From Felis catus (lineage: Eukaryota): a stretch of 64,000 nucleotides of DNA. Below are positions 12,302-27,300 of the stretch, one piece after another. The translations under genes were made by a program, and so were the position numbers. The stretch spans positions 18,166,001-18,230,000 of the forward strand of contig NC_058369.1 of assembly GCF_018350175.1 (NCBI RefSeq), read 5' to 3'. Numbering within the stretch: the stretch's first letter is position 1; each line of letters opens with the position of its first letter. The notes below the pieces were generated by a model that had not been told where the DNA came from, made no database searches, and saw nothing but the letters and a program-made list of their open reading frames with translations.

Positions 12302-15300
12302 GTATCTCATTCAGTTGCTAAACTTATATTAGTTAATTTCCACTGGCAAGTTGCAGAGATACTGGACAGGTAAGGTGTTTGGAGGAAGAGACATGGCATT
12401 GCCCATAGCTTCTTTCTCTGCCCACCCACCCAGTGGTGATTATGTTTTGGAGTATATCCTTGCAATGTGCATATTATATATTTAAAACACTGGATCATAT
12501 TGTATATCCTTTTTTCCTCTCTGTATATGGTGAATATTTTTCCATGTTTGCATTATATTTTTTTCTACCTCAGTTTTATTGCTGGCTTAGTATTTTATCA
12601 CATAGATGTTCCATGCTTTTTCCTAACTCCTGTTGTAGACAGTGAAGTTAGTTCAGTTTTTTTATGCCTTTTTAAATTTGTAATCAGTGCCCTTCTAGAT
12701 AACACTTGCCAACATCTCCATTTGTTTCTTTTGGATATATCAAGTGAGGAATGCAACATACTTTTGAATATTACCTTGAGAAAAGATAGGCCAGCTTACC
12801 ATCAGAACCAGAGCTCTTGGCTCTGATCTTCAAGTCTTGAGGTATCCTGGAAGTTCTCAGGAGGAGGGGTTTCTCCTCCTCCTGCACCCTCTGGGACGAG
12901 TCCCTGTGTCCCACCTTCATAGGCATGTGCTTCTTTCTAGCTTAGGGTTTCTTATCCTCAGCACTCCTGCCATTTTGGGATAGATAACTCTTTGTCATGG
13001 GGACACTGTTCTGTGAGTTGTAGGAGGTTTGGCAGAATCCACTTGAAAAGACAAAATAACAATAAAAAAATGTGCAAGGGGCGCCTAGGTGGCTCAGTTG
13101 GTTAAGTGTCCAACTCTTGGTTTTGGCTTAGGTCAGGATCTCACAGTTCTTGAGCTTGAACCTGAGCCCCACATTCAGCCCCACTGCTCCTATCAGTGCA
13201 GAGCCTGCTTGGGATTCTCTGTCTCCCCCCCCCCCCCCGTCCCTCCCCCTCCCCCCCAAAAATAATAAACTTTAAAAAAATGGGCAAAATACCAAACAAG
13301 CATTTCACAGAAAAGAAAGCTCAAATGACCATTAACATGAAAAGATACTCAACCTTCATAATAATCTGGCACACTGAAATTAGCACCCCCAGTCCGTGAA
13401 ATCAAAAAGATCGGCAGATACTGCCAAATAACCCTAGAGAACAAAACTGCCACTGGTGAGAATCACTGGTTGCCACTCCTGCCCTTTCACACCACAGTGA
13501 GTCTTTTTTTGAATGGTGTGATCCATTTATCTTCAGAGGAAGGAAGGTCATACCTTTCCTTTTCCAGGCTAAACATAACTGGGATGGCTGTACCCACTGG
13601 AGCAGCTTAGCTCACTCAGGAAGGAGCAAGTGTGCTCCTGATCCCACCCACTGCATTCTCACTCTCACTCTCTATCCTTAAGAGCTGAATACATTTAGGT
13701 GGACTTCTGTGTGAACTTCCATTGTCTGCAGTGCTGTTTCTACTACTCATAATTCTGGAACCATGTAGGTTCCAGCAGTGGGGTACCTCTCACTGCCCAG
13801 ACTCTGTAGCCTAACTTGGGAAAGGACAAGATGGCTGCAGATACTAAGATTACTAGTGTGAGAAGTAGGAATAAAAGCAGTGGAAGGGAGGCATTCTAAG
13901 TGAAATAAGGAAGTCACACTTACATGAGACATTGTTCCCTGCTCAGATTTCTGATTTTTGGGTAACGCATTTTCCTGGGTTTTGTGTGGCACTTTCATTG
14001 CCACAGGATAATTGTTTTTATTTTTACTTTTTAAAATTTATTTATCTTGAGAGAGAGTGTGTGTGAGTGAGGGAGGGGCAGAAAGGGAAAGAGAGAATTC
14101 CAAGCAGGGATTCTCTTATGTTATGATGATAGCACAGAACCTGACACAGAGCTTGATCCCACAACCATGAGATCATGACCTGAGCCAAAATCAAGAATCG
14201 GACACTTGACTAAGCCACCCAGGCACCTGTTTTTATTTTTATTTTTTTAACATTTATTTTAGAGAGAGTGAAAACAAGTTGGGGAGGGTCAGACAGAGAG
14301 GGAGACAGAGGATCTAAAGTGGGCTCTGCCTTGACAGCAGAGAGCCCAGTATAGGGCTCGAACTCATGAGCCATGAGATCACGACCCAAGCCAAAGTTTG
14401 ATGCTTAACTGACTGAGCCACCTAGGCGCCCCTTTTCTTAAAAATTTTTTATTTGGGGCGCCTGGGTGGCACAGTCGGTTAAGCGTCCGACTTCAGCCAG
14501 GTCACGATCTCGCGGTCCGTGAGTTCGAGCCCCGCGTCAGGCTCTGGGCTGATGGCTCAGAGCCTGGAGCCTGTTTCCGATTCTGTGTCTCCCTCTCTCT
14601 CTGCTCCTCCCCCGTTCATGCTCTCTCTCTCTCTCTCTGTCCCAAAGATGAATAAACGTTGAAAAAAAATAAATAAATAAAAAATTTTATTTATTTTTAT
14701 TTTTTTATGTTTATTTTTGAGAGAGAGAGCACGAACAGGGGAGGGGTAGAGAGAAGGACACAGAATCTGATGCAGACTCCAGGCTCTGAGCTGTCAGCAC
14801 AGAGCCTGATGCGGGTGCTCGAACTCAGGAATGGTGAGATCATGACCAAAGTCAAATGCTTAACCGACTGAGCCTCCCAGGTGCCCCTGTTTTTATTTTT
14901 AAATGTATATATTTCATACCGCATTCCAGAAAATAATTAAATTTTGATTATGAAATATTAATTTTTCAAAAATGTATGTGCACACGTGATAATGTATAGG
15001 TTTTAAAGAATGATTAAGCAAACACATTTAAGTGTCCATTCAAATAAGAAGTGGACATTTTATTCTGAAGCTTCTGGTGGCAGTTCCTGCTTAGCCACAC
15101 CCCCTTCCTTCTCCAAAGCAACCAGTATCTTGAATTCAGTATTGATCATTTTCTTATTTATTCTTTTTTTTTCTTTTCTTTTTTTTTAATGTTCATTTTT
15201 GAGACAGAGCATGAACGGGGGAGGGTCAGAGAGAGAGGGAAACACAGAATCCAAAGCAGGCTCCAGGCTCTGAGCTGTCAGCACAGAGCCCGACGCGGGG

Positions 15301-18300
15301 CTCGAACTCACCGTGAGATCATGACCTGAGCCGAAGTCGGATGCTCAACCGACTGAGCCACCCAGGCGCCCCTCTTATTTATTTTTAAATTATATATCCT
15401 TTAGTTTTGGATGTTTTTAGAACTTTACAGACATGGAATCATGCTGTCTGTATTCCTAAACTTTATAAATTAACAAGGTTGCATCTTAAGACATCCTATC
15501 CATAATCCTGTCAACATTTGTGATTGTGAATTTTAGTTTTTTGTTGTTATAAATAATGCAGCTCTGAAAACTCGTGTGTATGACCACTAGTGTCATAATT
15601 TTTCTAGGGTTGAGTGTAGGAAGTGAGTTACTGGGCAATAGGGTGTGTGTTTCTTTAGCTTTGCTAAATGACAAAATGTTTCCAAAGTGATTGTACCATG
15701 TTATATGCCCACCAGTGGTACGAATGTTCCTGATACTGTCACCCTTGAAGTTTTACAATCTGGTGGGTGGGTATAAATGGCATCTAATTGTTTTTAATTT
15801 CAGTATCCCAGATTATTATGGAGGTTGAGCATCTTTTCTTGTTCATGGCCGTTTGTGCTTTTTTTTTCCTATGAAATGCTTGTTCTGTCTTTGTTTTTTA
15901 TTGTTATTTTGTCTTTTCAAATGGATTTGTAGGAAATTTGCTTTTATTTATTCTGAATATCAGTCTTTTGCCTGTTATGTATGTATTGAGTTACCTTCTA
16001 TTTATTTATATAGCCGGGTTTTTCACTTTATGGTGTGTTCTGATGAACTGATATCCTTTTTTTTTTAAGTTTACTTATTTATTTTGAGAGAGAGGGGTGG
16101 GGACAGGGACAGAGAGCTGAGAATCCCAAGCAGGCTCTGCACTGTCAGCTCAGAGCTCAATGTGGGGCTCAAGCTCATGAACCACCAGATCATGACCTGA
16201 GCCGAAGTCAGATGCTTAACCAACTGAGCCACCCAGGCACCCTGAACTGACGTTCTTAAATGTAACATAATATTTCAGAGTTTTCCTTTATGCTTTTTTT
16301 TTAATTAAGTTTTTATTTATTTAAGTAATCTCTACACCCAATGTGGGGCTCAAACTCATGTCCCCAAGATCAAGAGCCACATGCTTCTCCCTGATGAGCC
16401 CGCCAGGAACCCTGTATACTTTTTTCTGTGCCCTTTTTTTTTTTTTTTATGTTTGTTTATTTATTTTTTTTTTTTAATTTTTTTTTTCAACGTTTATTTA
16501 TTTTTGGGACAGAGAGAGACAGAGCATGAACGGGCAAGGGGCAGAGAGAGAGGGAGACACAGAATCCGAAACAGGCTCCAGGCTCTGAGCCATCAGCCCA
16601 GAGCCTGACGCGGGGCTCGAACTCACGGACCGTGAGATCGTGACCTGGCTGAAGTCGGACGCTTAACCGATTGCGCCACCCAGGCGCCCCAATGTTTGTT
16701 TATTTTTTAGAAAGAGAAAGAAAGAGCAGGGGAGAGGCCAAGAGAGGGAGAGGGAGAATCCCAGGCAGGCTCCACTCTGTCAGTGCAGAGCCTGAATTGG
16801 GGCTCGATCCCACAAACCGTGTTATGAAACCTAAGCTGGAATCAAGAGCTGGCTGCTAAACCAACTGAGACACCCATGTGCCCTTTTTTTATTTTATTTT
16901 TTGAAGATTTTATTTTTAAGTAATCTCTACGCACAGCGTAGGGCTCGAACCCACAACCAACAAGATCAAGAGTTGCATACTTTACTGACTGAGCCAGCCA
17001 GGCACTTCTGCATTTTCTATGTCTTAAGATATCATTCCCTGTTCTGAAGACACAGAGCTGTTTGCTTATATTTCATGAAAGGGATTGAAAACAGATATGG
17101 TATTTCATAAGTATTTTTCTTATAGTTTCGTATCTTTGAAGCAGGGTTATTCTCATACGAATTGAGAACTAAAAAGTTGAAAGAGGAAAAGTATTTATAC
17201 AAAGGAAAAGGAAGCTTGGTTCTGTCAGACAGTAATTAGAGACAAAGGCACTTTAGTGCAACTGCAGCACTTGTTGGTGTCGTCTGATTTTGTTCACAGG
17301 TTAAAATGCTTATCTTCATTTCTGATTCCCTTTATTTCTGCTTGTATTTTGCAGATACAAGTCTAATTCTGCTCAGCTGCTTGTTGAGGCTCGAGTTCAG
17401 CCCAGTCCCTCGAAACATGTGAGTGTCTCCCACTTGAGCAAGGCTTCTCCTGACACACATGGCTCTTGCTGTGGCTTAAGGTGTTATTGAGAACCATCTT
17501 GCTTTGTTTCTGGTACAGCATGCCAGAGATTTTTGTTCCAACACGGGCCTAAATCTTCCATTTCCATTATAGTTGGAAGAGTTTCCTCATGGATGGAGAA
17601 TAAATCATTGCCAGTCCTGGGGCCCTCTCCAGCCTCACCTTGCTCTTTACACTTACACACAGCCTGCGTTCCATTCCTGCTGGGTTCTTTGGTGTTCCCA
17701 AGCTTACTGCACGCCTCTTTGACTCTTCTCATGCTATCCCCAGCTTGGAATGTTCAGACCCTGTCCCCATCTTTGTCTGTGGGAGTGGAACTCATTTGTT
17801 AAAGACCCAAATTGAGCTTTCTCTCACAAAGCCTGTCTCCCGCGATCTCTCCTCTCCAAAATCCTCTAGTTATGCCTTGAAGTCTTTGCGTGTGTGATGT
17901 ATCGACTCACTCATCCTTTCAGCTCCCCTACCACACTGTGTGTGCTTTAAGGATAGGAACTATATCTTACAGTGTGCATGGCAATTTCCTATGTATTTAG
18001 GAGTTAGCAAATATTTTCAAATAAATAAGGCCATGTTGGAAACACTCTTTAGGAGGAAGAATTGGGGCTCAAATTGCCACTTAACTTCGGTAGTTCTTGG
18101 GAGAACATTTCTAGGAGCATACTAGATAAACATGAGAATACGGTCTTTTTCTTCAAATTGTTTTTTTGTATTCCCAGTGAGCTAACCAAGAACCTAATGT
18201 AAACCTGTAGTGGACTTTTCCATCAATTTGTGGCTTGGGCCAGGGGTCCCCACATTGTCTTTGTCTGTCAGTTTGTGTAGCATGGCATGGATACTGGAGT

Positions 18301-21300
18301 TCAAGCTTTGCGGTTATTTGCCCACATCCTAGAAGGTTTCTTTCCTAGTAGGAGCCTTCCTCATCCTCTAAATTAATTGTACTTGACATCTCTGCAGTAT
18401 GTTAAGGATGAGTTGTGACTTAGTAAAAGCTGTAATATTTTGTGTTTTGGGCATTAATAATGGGGGAAGCACTGTCTTTGACAAGTAAACCTGCAGTGGG
18501 ACTATTAGAAGCTTTACACGCTCAGCTCAGCCTCTAAGAGCCTCTGTAGTACTTGTTGAGGGACAGCTCTGTTCATCAGATGAGGCAGTTTATAAAAGAA
18601 CCCAGTAGCCTCTAAAAGCAGAAGTTGAACTGAATGACCTCTAAGGACCTTGGCAATTTGGAAATCCTGAGCTTTTCAGCCTGACATTACAAACTACTGT
18701 AAGTTTTCCATTCAGCCTTCCTCTGCCTCTCTGAATCCGAGAGATTGTCCAGGGCGAACACTCAGGCACCATCTCCTTTAGGAAGTCTTCCTCATCTATG
18801 CTTTCTGTTCAGAACTCTTGGGACCCGTAGAGCCCACACATTTGTTGAGCTCTAACACTTGTTTCAGGGTCAGAATCACTTCCCAAAGACCTAGCTGTGT
18901 GAGGCACCCCTGTGGCTCCCAGACTCTAGAGGCTCCTCTTTACTCATTCTGTTCCGCCTCTCCCCAGGTTCCCACAGCCCACCCTCCTCACCACTGCGCA
19001 GTGTGTATGCAGTTTGTGCGGAAGGAAAACCTACTTTCTCTGGCCTGTCAGCACCAGTTTTGCCGTAGCTGCTGGGAGCAGCACTGCTCAGTACTTGTCA
19101 AGGACGGTGTGGGTGTAGGTGAGTTTGCCACAGAATTTGTAAAAGGCTAGCATGAAGTATTTATCTTCAACTCTGCCCCTTTAGGTACTCAGGTCAGCTG
19201 CGTGTTTTCTTCTGAGCCTGATTGAGGTTTTTATTGTCAGAGCCATTGGTTTCCATTTCCAAACACAGGTTGAACAGTCGCAAGGTTTTTCTCAGTCCTG
19301 AACAAAATGAGATAATTAAGGCTATTGTTTGGGCATATATGTAAACATTAGTGTGAGTGCAAGGCTACTTTTTGGGAGAACTGTCCTTAAGCTGCCTACC
19401 CTATCTTGATAGCCCAAGTGGCAACCATAACTCAGAAACACTCAGAGATTGCTGCTATTTAGGTAACATAATTCAGATTTGGTGATTGGTTCTAGGAGTA
19501 TTTGTTAGAGTATGACTTGATATTGGATCTAACTTAGCATCACATTAATGGTGTCTGCAGAATCTCATTGTGTTGGGTAGAAATCACTTGCACATAATAT
19601 TAAACATCACAAAATGAAATTGTTAGCCAAGAACCATATAGGATTTTTTTTTAATGTTTATTTTTGAGAGAGCGTGCACTTGCACATGAGTGGAGGGGCA
19701 GGGGAGGAGTTGGGCAGAGAGAGGAAACAGAGGATCCAAAGTGGGTTCAAACTCCCAAACCATGAGGTCATGATCTGAAGTTAGACGCTTAACCAACTGA
19801 GCCACCCAGGTGCCCCTAGGATTTTTTTTTTTTTTTTTTTTTTTTAATTAAGTTCTGTGCCCAGTCGGGGCTTTAACTCACGTCCTCGAGGTCAAGAGTG
19901 GCATGCTCTACCAACTGAGTCAGCCAGGTGCCCAAAGTACTGTATAGGATTTTTTAGATGATACTGCCTTTTTAGTGGTGCTATTTATTTGGGTTTTTTT
20001 TTTTTTTTTTTAATTTTTTTTTTTTCAACGTTTATTTTTGGGACAGAGAGAGAGAGAGAGCATGAACGGGGGAGGGGCAGAGAGAGAGGGAGACACAGAA
20101 TTGGAAACAGGCTCCAGGCTCTGAGCCATCAGCCCAGAGCCTGACGCGGGGCTCGAACCCACGGACCGCGAGATCGTGACCTGGCTGAAGTCGGACGCTT
20201 AACCAACTGCGCCACCCAGGCTCCCCATATTTATTTGTGATTTATATGTAATTTGAGAGAAATCTTAGTTGCATCATTGTAAATATATTAATTTTTCTCT
20301 CTTTTTTTTTTTTAATACATTCTGCGGCTTCAAGGGTTTCCTATATGGAATCTGAATTTGTTGGTTGAACTCAGTGGGGAAATATATTCTTGTTGTGTCT
20401 TCTGCGACGCAGTTGTCCATCGTGTTGCCTTTGTTCAACAGGAGTCTCTTGCATGGCTCAGGACTGCCCACTACGAACACCAGAGGACTTCGTGTTTCCA
20501 TTGCTGCCCAATGAAGAATTGAGAGACAAATACAGGCGCTACCTCTTTAGGGACTATGTGGAGGTATGCCCAGCCCCTGTTGTGCCTCTGTCTTCCTGGA
20601 CCTACTTCCCATCCATTCTCATCACTGTTACTTTGTAGACTAAGCTGCCATTAGGTGCTGTATTTTTTTTTTTTTAATGTTTATTTATTTTTGAGAGAGA
20701 CACAGAATATGAGTGGGGGACGGAGCAGAGAGAGAGGGAGACACAGAATCCGTAGTGGGCTCCATCTCTGAGTTGTCAGCACAGAGCCTGACGCTGGGCT
20801 CAAAATCACCATGAGAGATCATGACCTGAGCTGAAGTTGAACGCTTAACTGACTGAGCCATCCAGGCGTTCCTACATGCTGTAATTTGAAGAAACAGCTG
20901 CACAGCTTTTTAAAAGTTTAGAAACCACTAGAGTGGTAGTGAAAGAACATACGCCCTGGAGTCAGACTGACAATAACGTGAATCCCACGTCTCTTACTTC
21001 CTCACTGTGTAGGCTTTGACCCATTATTTTACCTCTCTGAACCTTGATTTTCTCTGATAGAATGGTCAGGCGTGCTCACCTTCTACCCAGCTGCTTAACA
21101 AGCTGTTGTATGTCAGGGGATGAACATGAGTCATGGAGATATCAGGAGTTGCTCTTGCATTTGGTTCCCTGTGTGATTTAGCACAGAGAAGGGGTATTGC
21201 TTCTTGTGCAGTTTAAAAACCTGTCCAGAATTCCAGCGTTTGGAGTCCATCCCCTCCATTGGGCTTCCAGTTGAGACTTGCTGCTTTCATGCAGCACAGT

Positions 21301-24300
21301 TTTCATCTTTGTCTTTTGTGCCTGAGCTTACTGGATTGACTCATCTCGGTCTTCTTATGCACGTGCTGTGGGATAAGCAGTGCCTTGTTCTTTGTGTTGT
21401 TTGCTGCCTTTGGTACATGTGTGAGGGTCATCGAGCCTTTCAGAGTTTTTGTTTTTAGGGAAAATTGGTGTGTGATGTAATAATTCAGTATTTGTATATG
21501 TTATAAAGTGATCACCACGGTAAGTCTAGTTAACCATCCATCACCATATAATTGACCCCCTTCACCCATTTTACCCATCCCATAACTCCCTTCCCCTTTT
21601 TGTTTTGTGTTTGTTCATTTTGTTTTTTAGATTCTGCCTATAAGTGAAATCATGTGGTATTTGTCTTTCTTCGTCTTACTTCACTTAATAGAATACCTTC
21701 AGATGCACAGCTGATTGGGCTGTGTTCCTTTCCAGACCTGGTCCCTGTGCACTTTCATCTCACAGACACAATTCTGAATTCCATTTTGTAATCTAGCCTT
21801 AAGTCATTCTAGTGATTTGCTATCTAGTTTTAGCTAAACGTTAGAGGTCTTCAGTATCTACCTAATGCTGTTCCTTGTGGCATCCTTTCTGAATTCCTAT
21901 AGCCCTTTGATGGAAGTCATCAGCTGGAAGAACAGAAGGTGTTTGAGCTCTCAGGGAGGTCTGATTTGGAAGCAGTGACTAGGGGATGTCCTCATNNNNN
22001 NNNNNNNNNNNNNNNNNNNNNNNNNNNNNNNNNNNNNNNNNNNNNNNNNNNNNNNNNNNNNNNNNNNNNNNNNNNNNNNNNNNNNNNNNNNNNNNNNNNN
22101 NNNNNNNNNNNNNNNNNNNNNNNNNNNNNNNNNNNNNNNNNNNNNNNNNNNNNNNNNNNNNNNNNNNTGCCTTGTCCTCCTCCAAAGCACCACTGCTGTT
22201 GCTGTGGGTGAGGGTGGGACTGGGAAAGACAGGGTCTTAGAGCCTAAACAGCAGCTCTGCTCCAAGTGGGCTCCACTTGGGCAGTGCTCCAAGTATGTAC
22301 CCAGCATCTCACGTCCCATGGGATGTTTGACAGTGCTCAGAGACAAAAAAGTGGCACAGATTCTTGGAGACTATGCTGTGGTTTATGCTGCTAAGACTCA
22401 TGGCACAGAGATTGTGTCTATGTGGGGGTGTATTTGCCTGCACAGATAATCCCATATCCCAAACCCCTGTATTTGAAAGCAACAATCTTCAGCATCTGAA
22501 TCTTTCTCCATGTTGGCCTGCGTAGGTTAATTTTAAAACACTGTAATTCATAAAAGTAGTTTACATCTACTTGGAGTTTATTCCATTCGATAGATATGGG
22601 AATAGCTAACGTGTACTGAAGGCTTACCATGGGAAAGACACTATTCTCATCACGTCAACTTCATTGTCACAGCTCTGTACAATTGATACCGTTACCCTTA
22701 TGTTCTTGGGGAAGAAATGGAGGTGTACAAGGTGATGGCAGAGCCATAATTTAGGTCCATATCTATGTCTGTCCCTAATCATGCCTCCCTAGAAGATTCA
22801 TGGTAGCGCTTCAGAGAAACTACATGGAAAGCGTGTGTGTGTGTGTGTGTGTGCGTGTGCATGTGTTCTTGCCTTTCAAGACATTGTTGAGGGAGTCTGT
22901 GGCTTACCAAAGGTTAAGAACCAGTAGCATAGTTGCTCTCCATCATTTGTGTCACTTGTTATGAACTTGTTCCCCTGGGGCATTTGTTAGACTGTTTGCC
23001 TGAGAGCCTTCACTACCCAACATAGTATTGGCTTGGATAAAAGGAAATTAAAAACACGGAACTGTAGCCCAGTGAGTGTTGGAGTGTTTTTCTCTTCTGA
23101 TTTTAAGTTTCAGGCATCGTCAGATGTATCATGCAGGCAGCACCCATTCTGACAGATGTGCATACTGTGTGCATCTGGCTGGGAGCTAAGTCAGAGCTCT
23201 CGGAAAGTGGATCTCGGTTTTGCCTGGGATCTGAGCTAAGTTATCTGTCTCAGAGCACCTTACCGTGCACTTTGAGTAAACTCTGAATTTGACATCCTTT
23301 CAAAGAGGGTTGACACCACACAAGATAATTTAAGACAGAAACGTTTTATTTGGGTGTATTGAGAGTATATCTTAGAAGTGCTTAGATTGAAGAGAAATTC
23401 ATACAATATTTTAAGTATAATTCTGGGTAAGTAAAGATCCCAAAGGCCTTGAGAGGTAACTTTACTTCTTTGAAAAGCTCTAATTCAGTATCTTTTGGCT
23501 TGGACAGAAGGAAAATTGAAAACATAGGACCCTGGCCTAACAATTATTTAAATGTCTTTCTTTTCTGGTTTTAAGTTTCAAGTGTCGTCAGATGTATCAC
23601 GCCCCCACAGACTGCGCCACAATCCGGAAATGGCTCACGAAGTGTGCAGATGATTCCGAAACAGCCAACTACATTAGTGCTCACACTAAAGATGTAAGGA
23701 CTGTATCTTACCTGTCATGGATCTGCCCTCCTTAATGCTGCCTAGGTCCTCGCCTGGGAGGCTGGCTGGCTTTTTGAGTGCGGAACACCCAGGGCCCCAG
23801 GACCCTTGCTGAAGTCTGCAGACCCTTTCCCAGACTTGGCAGAGTTGGCAGCGGATTATCATAGTATGCGTTGGATGCATTTATTTTAATAAAATGCTGA
23901 CCTACCTGGAAAAGTTTGACCAGTAGAAGAACTAATTAGAAGAAAACCAGATTTTGCTTTAATGCCTCCCAGCCTTTAATAGCCCTGGGCAGGAGGTGGT
24001 TGATAGCAACACATAATAAAGAGCGAGGCTTTCATGCAAGCCTGGGCATGCCCAGTTCTCATTCTGAAACTTCCCATGGGAAAACATGGCCCTCAGCCCC
24101 TTGAACCCTGGGTGACTTGGCACCTACCCTATGCCAGTCATGCGCTGAGTTGCTGCACTCACAACACAGCTGTGACTGTGACATTAAACATAGTCTACTT
24201 CGTGGCAATGGGAGAGCAGAGCGTCAGACTGGTCTCTGCATTGCTGCCTACGTTGTGGCACCTCTCATATGAGAGCAGGTGAGCTTTAGAGGTTGTTTCC

Positions 24301-27300
24301 TTGCTCTCTCGTTGAGGCAGAAGTCCAGGCAAGCTGAACAGGACGTGGTCTGGTGTGGCAGCTCTTGTGCTGCTTGGCATTCTTTCCAAGCAGGAAGACA
24401 TTGTGCTGACTCAGCTTGTGCTTAATCTGAGCAGCCTCGTGGCAGAGACAGATGGTGGAAGACTTAGTGGGGCTCAGCCAGTGCTTGGAGTGTTTCAGAG
24501 CCAAACGTGCTGACCTCATTTCCTTGAATTGCTGTTCCAGCCTCAGCGACCCGCCACATTTAAGTGAGATGCTCCTCCCCAGAAGGGCTCGCACGATGAG
24601 CTGCTGGGCACGGGTGCCAAGAGCTTTGTGTAATTTGTCTTAGAACCAGCCTGGTGGTGTGTGAGCCTAATGGCGCCCTTCTGTCTCCTCAGTGTCCAAA
24701 GTGTAACATCTGCATTGAGAAGAACGGAGGCTGCAATCACATGGTGAGCAGAAGCCTGTACCCTTTGCATATGTGCCATGGAGCCTTTGGTCAGCGTGCC
24801 CTTAACATGTTCTCTTCTGTTTCCCTCTGACAGCAATGCTCCAAGTGTAAACACGGTGAGTCCTAGGTGTGGTGCACAAGGCCCAGCAGCACAGTCTTGT
24901 GCATGGGTCTCCAGTGCTTGTTTAGTGAGTGCTTTGTAGTAAAGTGACAAAACAAAGGGCAGCCTTGGTCACTTATAATCACCAGCATAAAGCAGCTCTT
25001 GATTTTTGACTTATTACTTTCTGGTGCCTCTTATAATCCTGCTGCCATCTCACTCACACATATAGTCAGAAGTGAAGGTTGGGATGACTCTGACAACCTC
25101 ATGATCCTCAGTCACCCAAGAAGATTTCAGTGTGTTCTTTTTATTTTTGCCAAGGCAGGTAAGTTCGGGGCTTATCTGTGCTACTTTACAGATATCTTTT
25201 AGAGCAGCTGTTTTGTTGGAAGGAGTAACATAATAGTCTTCCTTCAAGGTTTTATAAAGTTTCCACAGGGTCTTTTGATTTGGCCTTTCAGATCTTCTTC
25301 ATCCATCAGGAGTAGCTTGCATAGAAGGACCTGTTGGTTTTGCTTTCCTTCCTGCAAGATCAAATAAAGAAATAAAATCCAAGTAGAAAGTATGTCCAGA
25401 CAAGTCTACACAGCAGCTTTGATGCTGACCAGGGGGCCCTGAGGGTTTCTCTTTGTAAGGGTCTCATCTCATGCTGTTTTTCCCAGGAGCCCACTGTAAT
25501 CAGAGTGAACATGGCAAGGCATTAGAAGGAAATAGCGATTGAAGTGTAGAATGAAGATAGACCGCTGGTAGTGGCATATTTCCTCAGTGGTATCCCACCC
25601 TGTGCATTTGAGTGAGAGGGACGTGTATCATCTACTTAGAACAGTGCATAAGACATGCATACGGTTTAAAGAGAAATGACAAAGTGAACACCCCATCACA
25701 TTCCTCACACTCAAGAAGTTCCCTGTGTGTCCCTTCCCATAGTCTCCCCATCCCTTACCACCCAGAGTTACTACCATCCTTTGCTTTGCTATATAGTTCC
25801 ACCACCTATACGGGCAACCCTAATATTTACGACCATAGCAAGCACAACCTACCTGATTAAGGAGATCATGGTTTTGCTGCTATTTGGCGAGGGCTTCCAG
25901 GAGAAGGGAAGCGAACAACCTCTAGGCCTCTGGGTTTGGCTTTAGCTCCTCCACGTTTTTATAAGAGGCCTTTTTGGTAAGTCAGTGAGCCCACTTGAAT
26001 CCTGGTAAAACAGAGTTTACCCACTGTCGGAGTCTTTGGCAGAGATAGGTTATAGATCAGGTTTTGGCCATGTGACAGACTGGTTGGCTCCTCTCCGTGA
26101 GATGGTAATTGTTGGATGTATAGTAGATCTTTATTTTTCACTCTTTGCTTCCTTAGTGTAGAAGCAGACTTATAATTCTGAATATGAACTATTGGGTAGC
26201 TGTTGGTTTTATAGAAATGTTCTTTTTTAAATAATGACAGAATAGGGGAAAGCCTTTATTCCCAGCTTCATGTACAAAATCTTCTTAGGACGGGTGTTAC
26301 GAGGGTGGAGGTAGTCAGGAGGGAAATGTGTTCTGGATGAACAGATGGGCCTCATTGGACAAGTTTCTGCTTCTCAGTGGCATTGACACAGCCTACTAGT
26401 GGTCTTGTACAGTCAGCATCTACCTGTGTTGGGTTAAAAAGGCACCAAGCTTATGTGCTCATGGAACTGAGAGGTTCCTCTGGCTACTGTTCATATCAAC
26501 AAGAAAAGGCTACAGGGACAGTGGGATGTGACAGAGAGGAGATGTGCACATTCCATCTGGAAAACGGTACCCTTGGGAAGTTCTGGTCAGGTGACAACCC
26601 CACCCCCACTCCCCTCACAGGATCTGTCTGTCCTACTGCTTTGCCTGTGCCTTTGGAGGAATGTGGTCTTACCTTGTGGGTGTAAATGCCTCTTTCTCCA
26701 TCCTTCACAGACTTCTGCTGGATGTGTCTAGGAGATTGGAAGACCCATGGCAGCGAGTACTATGAGTGCAGTCGGTACAAGGAGAACCCCGACATTGTCA
26801 ACCAGAGCCAGCAAGCCCAGGCCAGGGAGGCCCTCAAGAAGTACTTGTTTTACTTTGAGAGGGTAGGCATCTTCTGCAGCTGCTCTTCAGGGTTGGGCTT
26901 CTTCCAGTTGGCCTTCTGAGGTAGAATTCCCAGTGACTGGTGTACTGGTATGTGCACACGGAAGTCAGGGAATGGAGCTCCTTCAGTGGACCTGATTGAT
27001 ACCTCCATAAATGTGGCTTTCAGGTTCCAGAGAGCAGCCAAGACCAACAAGCTCTTTGAATGATGGCTGAAGGACAATGAGGGGACCATCAGTCTTTTCC
27101 ATCCGCTATCATCTTAATCAGATTTAGAGGGCAGTTCTTCCCAGGAAGACTCTTCAGAAGCCCACAAGCATGGCACATTTGGTTTCTAAGCACAGTAGAC
27201 CAATGGGTACCTAGCCTTGTTTAGTCTTCAGGGTTGGAGCCCTATTGCCCTAGAGAGTAGGGTGATCTGGCAGGCAGACAGGGTTAGTAGTGTGGACTGA

